This document shows positions 19,117 through 29,600 of a stretch of 64,000 nucleotides of DNA, piece after piece; position 1 is the first letter of the stretch, and every line of letters starts with the position of its first letter. The notes under the pieces are model-generated. The model saw only the letters and a program-made list of their open reading frames with translations, was not told the origin of the DNA and made no database searches. The stretch is from an uncultured delta proteobacterium (GTDB lineage Bacteria > Myxococcota_A > Polyangia > Polyangiales > Houyiibacteriaceae): positions 320,001 to 384,000 of the forward strand of contig CAVOVB010000002.1 in NCBI GenBank assembly GCA_963699755.1, in the 5' to 3' direction. The translations under genes and the position numbers were made by a program.

Positions 19117-20805
19117 TTCAAACGCGGCGATCATCACCAGGGCTCCGACCAGGAGGCCCATCCAGGGGCCGTACCAACCCCCAGCAACCGGAAGCTCCGC
19201 GCAGAGCAAGCTCACCCCGCCGACGAGGAGTGCGTACGGAAGCTGTGTTCGAACATGGTCCATGTGATCGCAGCTGCTGGCCATCGAGCTGAGAACCGTC
19301 GTGTCCGAAATAGGCGAGCAGTGATCGCCCCAGACCGCACCGGCCAAGATCGACGACACCGTGCCCAGAAGGATCGTCTCGTTGCCCGGCGCGATCTGAT
19401 GCGCGAGCGGGATGACGAGCGGAAAGAGGATCGCCATCGTGCCCCAGGACGTGCCGGTCGCGAAGCTGACGAGCGCAGCCATGATGAAGACGGTTGCGGG
19501 AATCCAGGCGGGCGCGATCCAATCTCCAACCGCGCCGATCAAGAATGAAGCGGTGTCAAGGTCACGGCAGACCCCGCCCAGGGCCCAGGCCAAGACGAGG
19601 ATCACCGCTGCAAAGAGCATCGAGCGCATCCCCGACAGCCAGGCCTCGATCGACTTGGCAAACGAAAGCGCGCCGCTCCAAACCGAGAGCGCCAAAGCCG
19701 CCAGGCAGCCTGCCCCCGTCCCCCAGAGGATCGCCGCGCTCGAGCTGGCCTCGCCGACGATGGCCCTGAGTGAACCGTCCATCCCTGCCGAGAGGGCCTT
19801 CGCCCGCCCATCGAAGTAGATCCCGAGCGCGGCCACGAGCACCACGACGACTACGGGGATCAGGGCGTTCATCGGTCTGCCGGGAAGGTGCTCCGGAACG
19901 GATTCCTCGTGAAAATCCGAAGCCGGCTCGGCACCAGGGCGCGACACGAAGCCTTCGTGAAACGCGCGCCGCTCCGCTCGAAGCATCGGTCCGAAGTCAC
20001 GGCCCCTGACGGCGACCCAGGCGACGAAGAGCAACATCAGAATCGGATAGAAGCGAAACGGGATCGTTTCGATGAACGTCAGGTAAGCGTCCCTTTCAAT
20101 CCCGAGGTGAGTGAACTGGTCGGCGATGTAACCAACCTCGACCCCAATCCACGACGATATCAAGGCCAGGCTTGCCACGGGCGCCGCGGTGGCGTCGACG
20201 ATAAACGCGAGCTTCTCGCGACTGATGCGAAGTCGATCCGTGAGGGGACGCATCGAGGAGCCAACCAGGAGCGAGTTGGCATAGTCATCGAAGAACACCA
20301 GCAAGCCGAGGAACCATGTCGTGAGCTGTCCGCGTCGGCGGCTCGTCGCATCGGTGCCCACCCAGGAGGCGAGCCCCTTCGCACCGCCGCTTTGCGTCAT
20401 CAATCCGAGCATTCCGCCAAGCAGCAAGCTGAAAACTAGAATCGACGCGTGTCCTCGGTCCGCAATCGCGCCGACGACGTGCGTGTCGAGCAAGCGCGCG
20501 AACGAGCCCAGGAACGACAGATCCGCGATCAGAAACGCGCCGAGCCAGACGCCCAGGACCAACGCCACCAGCACGTGACGAAACAGCAACGCGAGGACGA
20601 TCGCAAGGAGCGGCGGCAAAATCGACGTCCATGGGGGCAGACCGCTGCCGGCGGCGTTTGCGGCTACCTCGCCGGCCGCCCCCGGTGTAATATTCGAGGA
20701 AATACCTTGAATGACCGTCGAAGCGGCGGCGTCATCGGAAAGAGCCCCGGCTCGAGTGGCCGCGAAAACGATGATGACTACAAAACCGACGAGGACTGCC
20801 CGCAT
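19090..20805 (-). CDS. Na+/H+ antiporter NhaC family transporter
   Basis: FFDDYAN, SREKLAFIVDATAAP, SFATGTSWGT, GDHCSPISDTT, HVRTQLPYA. Start uncertain. Confidence 0.9.
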   Translation of the reverse strand: MRAVLVGFVVIIVFAATRAGALSDDAAASTVIQGISSNITPGAAGEVAANAAGSGLPPWTSILPPLLAIVLALLFRHVLVALVLGVWLGAFLIADLSFLGSFARLLDTHVVGAIADRGHASILVFSLLLGGMLGLMTQSGGAKGLASWVGTDATSRRRGQLTTWFLGLLVFFDDYANSLLVGSSMRPLTDRLRISREKLAFIVDATAAPVASLALISSWIGVEVGYIADQFTHLGIERDAYLTFIETIPFRFYPILMLLFVAWVAVRGRDFGPMLRAERRAFHEGFVSRPGAEPASDFHEESVPEHLPGRPMNALIPVVVVVLVAALGIYFDGRAKALSAGMDGSLRAIVGEASSSAAILWGTGAGCLAALALSVWSGALSFAKSIEAWLSGMRSMLFAAVILVLAWALGGVCRDLDTASFLIGAVGDWIAPAWIPATVFIMAALVSFATGTSWGTMAILFPLVIPLAHQIAPGNETILLGTVSSILAGAVWGDHCSPISDTTVLSSMASSCDHMDHVRTQLPYALLVGGVSLLCAELPVAGGWYGPWMGLLVGALVMIAAFESLSAAVRG

Positions 20806-21475
20806 GAACAAAGCCAGACATAGACAGGAACGAGGCCGCTGGTCAATTTTGACCGCCAGTCTCGCCCTGCTTTCTATCCTTGGGTTGTCTTTCGCAGCGC
20901 CGTCTCGATCATTCTCGAGCAACGATCGGCTCAGCGCCGAAGACAAGAAGCTCCTTGCGGCGGGTGAGCTCGTCATGAAGCAGAAGAGCGAGCAGCGCGG
21001 TGTGTACAAGCTGATCGGTGGACAGAGCTGGCAGATCGTGGACGTTCCGGTCGAGGTAGCCTGGCAGGCCTTGGCCGACTTGTCGGGGTACAAAAACTTC
21101 ATCCCTCTCGTGACCGAGAGCGACGTCAAGCACCAAGTCGGCGAAGAGGCCGACCTGGCGATTCGGCAGGAGTGGGGACCGATCGACGTTCGTTACGTCC
21201 TACAAACGACGCTCGAGGTGGATCGTCGCTCGATGATGTTCCGAGTCGATCACTCCCAGGCCCACGACATTCGGGCCGGCTGGGGTTTCATGCGAATCCG
21301 TCCTTACAAGGGAGGTCGGACGCTGGTGTCCTTTGGTGCGCTCGTCGACATTGGTGACGGCGTGTTCGTGTCGATCATCCGCCCCGCAGTCCGGAAGGAC
21401 CTCCTGCGGATTCCGTTCTATTTCAAGCGTCACCTCGAGGCAGAAGTCGCCGGGCTCCGGACTGACTCGCTTTAG
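20804..21475 (+). CDS. Exported SRPBCC/START-like protein
   Basis: Signal-like N-terminus; IVDVPVEVAWQALADLSGYKNFIP polyketide-cyclase-like motif. Start uncertain. Confidence 0.7.
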   Translation: MNKARHRQERGRWSILTASLALLSILGLSFAAPSRSFSSNDRLSAEDKKLLAAGELVMKQKSEQRGVYKLIGGQSWQIVDVPVEVAWQALADLSGYKNFIPLVTESDVKHQVGEEADLAIRQEWGPIDVRYVLQTTLEVDRRSMMFRVDHSQAHDIRAGWGFMRIRPYKGGRTLVSFGALVDIGDGVFVSIIRPAVRKDLLRIPFYFKRHLEAEVAGLRTDSL

Positions 21476-22884
21476 AAAAGCTTCTTGAGCCAGCCCAGCT
21501 TTCGGTTGCTGTATGGCGGGAAGAGAATCGGGGGATCGGGAAGCGTTGGCTTCTTCAAGACCGACCGGCGGTGCGAGAAGCTTTCGAACGAATGACGCCC
21601 GTGGTAGGCACCCATGCCACTCTCGCCGACGCCGCCGAACGGCAGCGCAGGTACGCCAAAATGAAGACCGACGTGGTTGATCGTCGTGCCGCCGGCGCTG
21701 GTTTCCGCGAGAACGCGGTCCTGCACGGTCTCATCCTCCGCGAACAGGTAGAGGGCCAAGGGCTTGTCGCGCCGGTTGACGAAGCCAATCGCCGAAGCGA
21801 CGCTCGGAACGGAAATCACCGGCAGAATCGGTCCAAAAATCTCGTCCCGCATCACCGCGTCGTCTTCTTCGACGTTCTTCACGATGGTGGGTGCGATGTA
21901 GCGATCGGCGAGGTCGCTTTCGCCGCCGGTGACTAGATCAGCTCCTTCGAGCAAACGGGTCAGGCGCCGATGATGTTGCTCGTCGACGATCCGGCCGAAG
22001 TCCGGGCTCTGTTGGGGATCCTCCCCATAGAATTCGCGAAGCGTGGAGACGAGGCGGTTGACGAGCGCATCGTGAACATGATCGTGAACCAAAACGTAGT
22101 CCGGAGCGACGCACGTCTGACCGGCGTTCAAGAATTTGCCGTAGACGATCCGCTTGGCCGCGGTGTCCAAGTCGGCGCTCTCATCGACGATGCAGGGGCT
22201 CTTTCCGCCAAGCTCGAGGGTCACGGGCGTGAGGTGTTTGGCCGCAGCTTCCATCACCACGCGACCCACGGTCCCGCTTCCAGTGAAGAAAATATGGTCC
22301 CATTGCTGCTCTAGGAGTGCAGTCGTTTCGAGCACTCCGCCTTCGGTGACCTGAATCGCGCTCGGGTCGAGATACTTGGGGATCCACTTGGCGATGAACG
22401 CCGAAACCTGCGGAGCGACCTCCGATGGCTTGAGCATCACACAGTTGCCCGCTGCGATGGCGCCGATCAGAGGCAGGACGACCAAATGGAATGGATAGTT
22501 CCAGGCGGCGATGATCAGCGTTACACCGAGCGGCTCTCTGCAAATGTAACTGCGGCCCGGCCAGGCAGCGAGCGAGGTCCGAACGCGTTCAGGCTTCATC
22601 CAAGAAGCGAGCCTCTTCCGCGTCGAACGTAGCTCGGAAAAGGGGACTGCGATCTCTGCTACGAAAGCTTCCATTGCCGGCTTTCCGAGGTCGGCGCGAA
22701 GCGCGTCGAGGATGTCCTGCTCCCGCTCCATCAGGAAATGCTCGAGCGCATCGAGCTGCGACAGACGCCAGGACAGCGACCTGGTCGCGCCGGCTTCAAA
22801 ATGGGTCCGGAGAGCCCGGGCAGCGGTCGAGGCGCGGCCTTCGAGGGAGGCAGAGGAGGCGGGAACGACGCCGAGTTGAGACAT
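21472..22884 (-). CDS. Aldehyde dehydrogenase (ALDH3-like)
   Basis: AWNYP, KPSE, FFTGS, LELGGKSP, NAGQTCVAPDY, EIFGP, PFGGVGESG; AAGGAG RBS before ATG 22884. Confidence 0.95.
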   Translation of the reverse strand: MSQLGVVPASSASLEGRASTAARALRTHFEAGATRSLSWRLSQLDALEHFLMEREQDILDALRADLGKPAMEAFVAEIAVPFSELRSTRKRLASWMKPERVRTSLAAWPGRSYICREPLGVTLIIAAWNYPFHLVVLPLIGAIAAGNCVMLKPSEVAPQVSAFIAKWIPKYLDPSAIQVTEGGVLETTALLEQQWDHIFFTGSGTVGRVVMEAAAKHLTPVTLELGGKSPCIVDESADLDTAAKRIVYGKFLNAGQTCVAPDYVLVHDHVHDALVNRLVSTLREFYGEDPQQSPDFGRIVDEQHHRRLTRLLEGADLVTGGESDLADRYIAPTIVKNVEEDDAVMRDEIFGPILPVISVPSVASAIGFVNRRDKPLALYLFAEDETVQDRVLAETSAGGTTINHVGLHFGVPALPFGGVGESGMGAYHGRHSFESFSHRRSVLKKPTLPDPPILFPPYSNRKLGWLKKLF

Positions 22885-22947
22885 GAGCAGAGCTCCTTGA
22901 GGGCGATTGCCTTGGAAATTGCGTTTGATCTTCAACACTTAGCATAT

Positions 22948-22987
22948 TTGCGAAACAATTTCGCAACAAGACTTACATCTGTATAAT
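22948..22987 (+). promoter_or_regulatory. Perfect 8-3-8 inverted repeat (TTGCGAAA-caa-TTTCGCAA) plus TATAAT -10 box
   Basis: IR at 22948-22966 and TATAAT at 22982-22987 in an AT-rich divergent intergenic region. Confidence 0.65.
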
Positions 22988-23025
22988 CGCTGAACGGTAT
23001 TCGACAGCCCGACGGAGACCTTCCA

Positions 23026-23106
23026 ATGCAGAGCAGCGAACGCACTTGGCAACCTCATAGGAAGCCGGCCCCATGGTGGGCGCACATCCTACGTTGGTGG
23101 CTGTAG
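23026..23106 (+). CDS. 26-aa Trp-rich small peptide MQSSERTWQPHRKPAPWWAHILRWWL
   Basis: GGAG 8 nt upstream, TATAAT further upstream, hairpin plus T-run right after the TAG. Confidence 0.55.
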   Translation: MQSSERTWQPHRKPAPWWAHILRWWL

Positions 23107-23108
23107 TC

Positions 23109-23139
23109 AAACCCGCACACCTTCACCGCGGGGTTTTGT
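23109..23139. terminator. Imperfect hairpin between convergent ORFs
   Basis: AAACCCGC...GCGGGGTTTT. Confidence 0.45.
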
Positions 23140-23140
23140 C

Positions 23141-24061
23141 CTAGGCGGCTAGGCTGAGTTTCTTCGGACTCTCGCTGCGCGTGCCCTCCTGGCCGTCTTC
23201 GCCGGCATCACGGCGCCGACCTTCTTCGAGGACGCGCTCCGGTACATCGCGGATATCCCAGACCAGGCCGATCCAGCTCAGCATCTTGAGCACGTAATAA
23301 GTCACGTCAATTTCCCACCAGTAGAAGCCGTTGCGGCAAGAGGACTGGTAGTAGTGGTGGTTGTTGTGCCAGCCCTCTCCCAGGGTCAGCAGTGCTGTCA
23401 CTATGTTGTTGCGGCTCTCGTCGTCCGTGTCGAAGCGCTTCGTGCCCCAGACGTGCGTGACCGAGTTGATCAAGAAGGTGTTGTGCCAGAGGAGCACGGT
23501 GCTCAAGAAGAAGCCGATGAAGAGACCAGGCCAACCGGCGATCAGAAAACATGCGACAGCGAGGGCAGTCGGGGGCACGGCCCAGTACTTGTTCAGCCAG
23601 CGGAGCTCGGGGTACTTCGCGAAGTCTCGAATCTTGTCCCAGCGCGTCTCCTCGGTACCGTCGAAGATCCAACCGGCGTGCGCGTAGAGAAAGCTGTTCT
23701 GCACCGGCGAATGAACGTCACCCGTTTGGTCGGAGAGCTTGTGGTGCACACGGTGGTGGGCGGCCCACCAGAGCGCGCCTTTTTGGGAGCTGCTCTGCGC
23801 GAGTAGTGCCAGGAAGAGCTGAAACGCCCGGCTGGTCTTGTAGGTTCGGTGGGCGAAGTAGCGGTGATAGCCGGCGGTGATACCCCAGACGCGAACGAAC
23901 AGGAGCACGAAGCAGAGCACGAGCGCCTGCCAGGTCACCCCTGACCAGAACGCGCCCAGCACCGCGAGATGCGCGAGCACGAATATCGTTGCACGCCGCC
24001 ATTGCTCGGATCGGCTCAGCGGTCTGTTGGGGAGCGCGGCCCCGAGAACCTTCGTTTCCAT
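23141..24061 (-). CDS. Delta-9-type acyl-CoA/lipid fatty acid desaturase
   Basis: His boxes GYHRYFAH, HHRVHH and GEGWHNNHH. Confidence 0.95.
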   Translation of the reverse strand: METKVLGAALPNRPLSRSEQWRRATIFVLAHLAVLGAFWSGVTWQALVLCFVLLFVRVWGITAGYHRYFAHRTYKTSRAFQLFLALLAQSSSQKGALWWAAHHRVHHKLSDQTGDVHSPVQNSFLYAHAGWIFDGTEETRWDKIRDFAKYPELRWLNKYWAVPPTALAVACFLIAGWPGLFIGFFLSTVLLWHNTFLINSVTHVWGTKRFDTDDESRNNIVTALLTLGEGWHNNHHYYQSSCRNGFYWWEIDVTYYVLKMLSWIGLVWDIRDVPERVLEEGRRRDAGEDGQEGTRSESPKKLSLAA

Positions 24062-24140
24062 GCCTCAAAGGCTATCGCGGCACCCGAGATTTCACCGTCA
24101 CGGTTCACCCTCGAAAGGTCATAGTTGTGTAAAAAGTTCC

Positions 24141-24857
24141 TCAAGCGATGAATTTGTATCCGGCTCCACGAACGGAGAGGAAGTGGATGGGAGAGCTCGG
24201 GTCCTGTTCGAAACGGCGGCGGAGGCGCGAGATGAAGTTGTCGACCGTTCGGGTGTTGCCGTAATTGCGGAGTTTCCATACCCGTTCGAGGAGCTCGGTA
24301 CGGCTCAGGACGCGGCCGGCGTTTTCAGCAAAGTACCGAAGGAGGTCGAGCTCCAGCTGGGTGAGTTGCACGTCCTGGCCGGCGACCTGGACCTCATGGG
24401 TGTCGAAGTTGATTCGGGCGTCACCAAAGGACAGCGTGGCGGCCTTGACCTGGGTCCCAGACCCCTGCTCCCAGCGCTGGCGCCTGAGCACCGAACGCAC
24501 CCTGGCGAGCAGCTCGCCCAGCTCGAAGGGTTTGACCATGTAATCATCCGCGCCGGCTTCTAGGCCGAGAACCCGATCTTCGGGCGATGAGCGCGCGGTC
24601 AGCATGATCACCGGCACGAAGTTTCCCGCGTCCCGAAACCTCTTGCAGAGCTCGAAGCCGTTGATGTCGGGCAACATGACGTCCAGGACAATCGCATCGT
24701 ACCCGCTCGGGTCGAGCAAGCGCTGCCCGGCTTCCTTTGCATTCGCCGCGACGTCGACGCGATAGCCTTCGAGCTCGAGGTTGAGCTTGAGGCCAGCGGC
24801 CAAATGGTCTTCGTCCTCCACGATGAGTAGTTTTTGCGCTTCGTCGTCGGTCATCAT
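24141..24857 (-). CDS. OmpR-family response regulator
   Basis: VEDE, LDVMLPD, GADDYMVKPF; winged HTH RTVDNFISRLR...VRGAGY. Confidence 0.95.
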   Translation of the reverse strand: MMTDDEAQKLLIVEDEDHLAAGLKLNLELEGYRVDVAANAKEAGQRLLDPSGYDAIVLDVMLPDINGFELCKRFRDAGNFVPVIMLTARSSPEDRVLGLEAGADDYMVKPFELGELLARVRSVLRRQRWEQGSGTQVKAATLSFGDARINFDTHEVQVAGQDVQLTQLELDLLRYFAENAGRVLSRTELLERVWKLRNYGNTRTVDNFISRLRRRFEQDPSSPIHFLSVRGAGYKFIA

Positions 24858-25795
24858 CCCCTCACCGCATGGGCCATCGGCAGCTCGACGCGCATCACCG
24901 TGCCCTGCCCCCGCCCTTGAGAAGACGCTCGCACCTCACCGCCCAGCTGTTTCACCAGCGCCGAGACGACGAAGAGCCCGAGGCCAGTGCCGCGTCGTTC
25001 GCGAACCTCCTGATCCTCCACGCGATAGAAGCGGTGAAAAACCCGTCTCAGATTCTTTCGCTCGATCCCTATTCCGGTATCGCTCACCTCGATCAAGACC
25101 TTGTTTTCCGAATCTCTGCGCGCCGTGACCTCAACCCGCGCGGGGCGCTCGGAGTACTTGACCGCGTTGTCGATGAGATTCTTGACGATAATCTCGAGTG
25201 CCGCACGATCAGTGGTCACTACGAGCTCGGGATCGACGTGAATGCGCACCTCGTCTCGCCCTAGATTGTGTCGACTGCGAACCGCTTCGGCGCATTGTTC
25301 GCTGAGCTGCGAAAGGGGCACATCGCTCAGATTGAGCATGCCGGGTCGCGCATAGGACAGACGGTTCGCTTCAAGGACGTCGTCGATGAACGCACGCAGA
25401 CGGTCGACATCCTGGAGCATCATCTGACGCAGCCTTTCCCGGGCCTCGTCTTCGAGCTCTTCGCGCCCGAGCGTCTCCAAGCAGAGCTGCAGCGACGCTA
25501 GCGGGCTCTTCAGCTCGTGCGTGACGGAATCGATGAAGGTGTCCTGCTTGCGCACCTCGATGATTCCCCGTGCCAGGGAAATCACGAAGAGCACGAGCAC
25601 TACGATGATGAGCACGAAAGACAGAGCGCCGAGGACGAGAAGCCACACGTCGCCAGCAATGTCTGCGGAGCGGACGATCTTCTGGCCGAGGAGAAAAGAC
25701 CAGCCCACCAGCAGTGCGATGCTCAGCAGAACGGTGATCGCGCCCAAGGTGATAGGGATCGAAATCGAGGATCGGATTTTTCGACGGCGTGCCAT
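24854..25795 (-). CDS. Sensor histidine kinase (2 TM, very short loop)
   Basis: VTHELKSPL, NLIDNAVKYS, DTGIGI, FYRV, GTGLGL. Confidence 0.95.
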   Translation of the reverse strand: MARRRKIRSSISIPITLGAITVLLSIALLVGWSFLLGQKIVRSADIAGDVWLLVLGALSFVLIIVVLVLFVISLARGIIEVRKQDTFIDSVTHELKSPLASLQLCLETLGREELEDEARERLRQMMLQDVDRLRAFIDDVLEANRLSYARPGMLNLSDVPLSQLSEQCAEAVRSRHNLGRDEVRIHVDPELVVTTDRAALEIIVKNLIDNAVKYSERPARVEVTARRDSENKVLIEVSDTGIGIERKNLRRVFHRFYRVEDQEVRERRGTGLGLFVVSALVKQLGGEVRASSQGRGQGTVMRVELPMAHAVRG

Positions 25796-25809
25796 GAATC
25801 AGCTTGCGG

Positions 25810-26577
25810 TTAGGTCCCACGCAGCAGGCGCCAGAGGTTTTCTTTTTCCCATTGCTGCGCAGCGGAGTGGTACTCGAAGCTTCGCTCACGCGTTCGAAAT
25901 GCTCGAGTGTGATAGTGGTGACGCCCATTTCGCACGACTGCTGGCATGTCGTGGTGCAGCATCTCGTGAAAAACGACCGCTTCGACGAAAAAACGGGGGA
26001 CCCAGGACTGGTCGAGCGCCGGATGAATCCGAATCAGACGTTCCTCAGGAAGGTAGGTTCCGAGCTGAAGCGAGCGCTGCCGGCGTTTGGGCTGAACGCG
26101 CTTTCCCCAGGTGATTCGGACATCGACGCCGGCGCCGAAGTGCCGGCGACCTAGCTCGTCGGCGATTGCGCGAAGATCATGATGGCGCCCCTCTGAACGC
26201 AAGTCCTCCTGAGGCGGTCCCGAGGCGACGAAGTGGCGGCGATGCTCTTCGACGAATCGATCGATCGTCGCGGTCGCCTCCGCCGCGTTGCCTGTCAAAT
26301 AGTCGCCCACAGCGTCCAAGATGTCTTCGTTGGCGGTGAGGAACATGTGATGAAGACGCAGCTCGAGCCGGCCCCCCTTGGGGCGAGCAGCCAACATGGT
26401 GCTCCGGTTGTCGGTCACGACGAGACGAACCGGCTGGTTCAGGCGTGTGGCCAGCGCTCGACTCCAGTCGGACGCTCGGGCATAGGCCCGATCCAGCTCG
26501 TTCTGACGACCTTCGGTGACGTCGCGCTCCGCGGTCGTCGGCGACGCAGCGGCAAACTCGAAGGAAAGTTGAAGCAC
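25810..26577 (-). CDS. SprT-like zinc metalloprotease
   Basis: LGTY...IRIHPALD...VVFHEMLHH (HExxH)...HTRAFRTRE. Confidence 0.75.
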   Translation of the reverse strand: MLQLSFEFAAASPTTAERDVTEGRQNELDRAYARASDWSRALATRLNQPVRLVVTDNRSTMLAARPKGGRLELRLHHMFLTANEDILDAVGDYLTGNAAEATATIDRFVEEHRRHFVASGPPQEDLRSEGRHHDLRAIADELGRRHFGAGVDVRITWGKRVQPKRRQRSLQLGTYLPEERLIRIHPALDQSWVPRFFVEAVVFHEMLHHDMPAVVRNGRHHYHTRAFRTRERSFEYHSAAQQWEKENLWRLLRGT

Positions 26578-26657
26578 CCCATCTCGAGCTAGAGGTTTGC
26601 TGGTTCTTTGTCAACCGCGCTTTCCGAGGGGCGACCGGCAGGCTAGAATCAACGGGG

Positions 26658-29600
26658 ATGCGCGCTGCGACTCGGGACCGCCTCGAAGGCCTGTCGGTCT
26701 TGCACCGACTGAACAGCGCTGAGCAGCGCGAAGCAGCATGGCGTCGAGGTATGGCAACGCTCGCGCGAGCGGTCATCGACGAGCGACGTCCTCTCCCGCT
26801 CGAGGGCCTCGATCCAGAGGCCTTGCGTCAAAGCTTGGAGGTCGCAGTCGATGGCGGCCTCGTCGACGAGCTCGGCTGGCTCTCGGGCCCCGCCGCCGCG
26901 GCAGCGCTCTACGAAGTCGCAGCAGCCCTCCCTTCGAGCCCGATCAAACGCCAGCTCGGGCGGATGGTGGTCGAGCGTCTGCGAAGGGGTGACGCCGCAA
27001 CGTTCGTGTCCGTGGCGACGCAGCTGGCGCTAGGATCGCAACGCGCCCTCAGCGGGCGATTCATACGTGCCCGTGTTGCACTCGCGCTGAGCTTGCCCAT
27101 CGGCGCCGTCGACAACGTCGACGCCCTCGCTCTCGCGCTGGTCTCGCGGCAGGATTCGAGCCGCGACTGGCTCCTCACGCCCGCTGCCGGATCACTTCCT
27201 TCTCGCCGTTTGGCCGCTCGACTCTTGGAGCGTGCCGCCCGGGAAGCGGCGCGGCGCGCGGCCGAAGGCGACGACACAGGCGTCCGTGTCTTCTGCACCC
27301 CGGCCGTCCGCGAGGCCTGGGACCGCTTACTCTCGGATCGGGAGACCTTGGTCTGGCGGCACGTCGCATCCGCCCGGGGACTGCTGGCGTCGTCGATGCC
27401 AATCTTCGAGCAAGAGATTCGGCGTCACCTAGACCCAGAGTTCACCATCACCGAATGGCGCCGCGCAGCAGCATCCCTTGCTGCAAGCATTGCAGTGGAG
27501 CCCGAAGAGGGTGTTCGAGCCTGCCAGGAGCTCTTGGAATCTCTCATTTTCGAGCAGGATCACGGCGTCGCTGCGGCGATGATCTCCGGGCTTCCGCGCG
27601 CAGCGGAAAGCCATCCAGTCGCGGTCGAGTCCTTGCTCGAGCAATTGATGCGCGTGAGCGGTCTGGAGACGGCAGAGGCTCTGGTCGAGCTCCGGGCCGA
27701 ACGAATCCGGCCGGGCTTTGCGGAGAAGGCGGCGAAAAGAGCCGAGACCCGTCTCCGCCAAGCGATCGCCGACGGCGGCAGCGAGGACCTCGGTCGCGAG
27801 GCGCTCATGAAGGCTCTCGCAGAGGAGCTCGGGGGCAAATCGAGCCAGGGCGAACCCACGCTTCGTGAGATGCTGTCGGACGCGCTCGAGATCTTCGCAA
27901 GCAAAGGCGCCTACGAAGCGGCGCGTGAAGCAGAGGCAATCCTCGAAGCGGCAGCCCGCAAGGCCACTCTCCTCCAGCGTCCTTTCGAGGGTGATCCCGC
28001 GGCCGAGGTGGAGGTGTTCCTGGCACTTCGAGAGCTGGACTCAGCGCTCTTCGAGACCTCGACCCTGAATGACCTCTTGCTCGTAGGCGAGGACGATGAC
28101 CAACACGACGGCCACGACGAGCGCCTCGGGGATCTCTTTCAGCAGGTCACTAATTGGCTCGTCATTCGAGAAGGCGACCCATTGGAAAAGACTGGCGAAG
28201 TCAAGCAGTTCACGACGCGCCTGCGCCAACTTCGGACCATGCTTCATCTGGTCGATGCGGATGGACCGGAGGTCGACCCACGAAAAGACCTCGTCCGGCA
28301 ACGGCGATTGCTAACGCAGCGCGTCTTGCTCAATCGCATCCAGCGCGATCGACAAGGCTCGCTTCGACGCACACTCTGCGCCGCAACCGCACGCACCTGC
28401 GACGCCCTGGTGCGCGAAGACAGTGCGGACCTCTCCGAGGTCCTGGTCGCCGCGGCGGAGCACGTTCCCCACATCGATGATCTCAAAGCCATGGCCGAAG
28501 CCTCGATGGTTCCAGAGATCAAGAGCATGCTGAGAGCGTACGCGAAGCTACAGCAAGCCACTCGCACGGCGGCGCGAGACGGTCAGGGATTGGTCGCAGC
28601 GACGGACGCACTCAGGGCCATTGGCGCCGAGCTGCCCGTTGCGCGCTCCGCCCGAATCGAAGCGCTTCGCCAAGCCCTATCGCTCCTCTCGCGGGGGCTC
28701 CGCGCTGTGGCTGCGTCAGGCTCGCTCACCGAGGTCGCGGACCGTTCGTCGGGCACTCCGCTTTCGCCCCTCGAACGCGGCGTTGCGGCTCTAGCTCAGC
28801 TCGTCAACGGATCTCGGCGGCGACTGGGTGTTTCGGTCGGCGACGATGCTCCGGCAGCGGCAGCGGCGATCTGGGCGATGGGGCTTGAAGTCGAGCGCGC
28901 GCTTCGCAGCTCGGTCTCGGAGATGGACCAGGCGTTGACCATGGCGCTGAATGCGATCGACCGCGATTTGCCAGGTGCTTTCGGTGAGCTGACGGGAACG
29001 GTTCTCGAGCACCTGCGCTCGCTCCCACTGGACGGTCCGAAACGAATGCCGAGCCTCGCTCCGCTCGAGCTCGACGCGGACGCGCCCTTGCCAGCATGGG
29101 CGCCGCCAAGCCGAATCGTCGGGGGGTTCTATCTGGTGCGAACGGTTGGCACTGGCACGGTAGGCTCTGTCTTCATCGCTCGCCGCGCCGAAGAGAGGCA
29201 AGACGAGACCGCGCCGCTCTTCGCGTTGAAGGTGCCCGATTACTCGGCCGCCGCTGCGCGCACGCTCTCCGAGGACGAGTTCCTGAAGATGTTCCGCGAG
29301 GAAGCGGGTGCACTCCTAGCGCTCCCAGAGCATCCGAACATCCCGCACTTCGTCACCTTCGACGCCGGCGCTCGGCCCAAGCCGATCTTGGTCATGGAGT
29401 TGGTCGAAGGCCCGAACCTCGAACGCATGCTCGAGATGGGTGACCTCTCCGTCGGACGCGCGCGGGATCTACTCCTCGGCATAAGCGCGGGCCTCGATGC
29501 GATGCACCAAGTCGGCGTCGCGCACTTGGACCTGAAGCCCTCGAACATCATCGTCTGTCATGCGGAAGCCAACACCGGCGTGGGTCAGCCGCCCAAGCCC

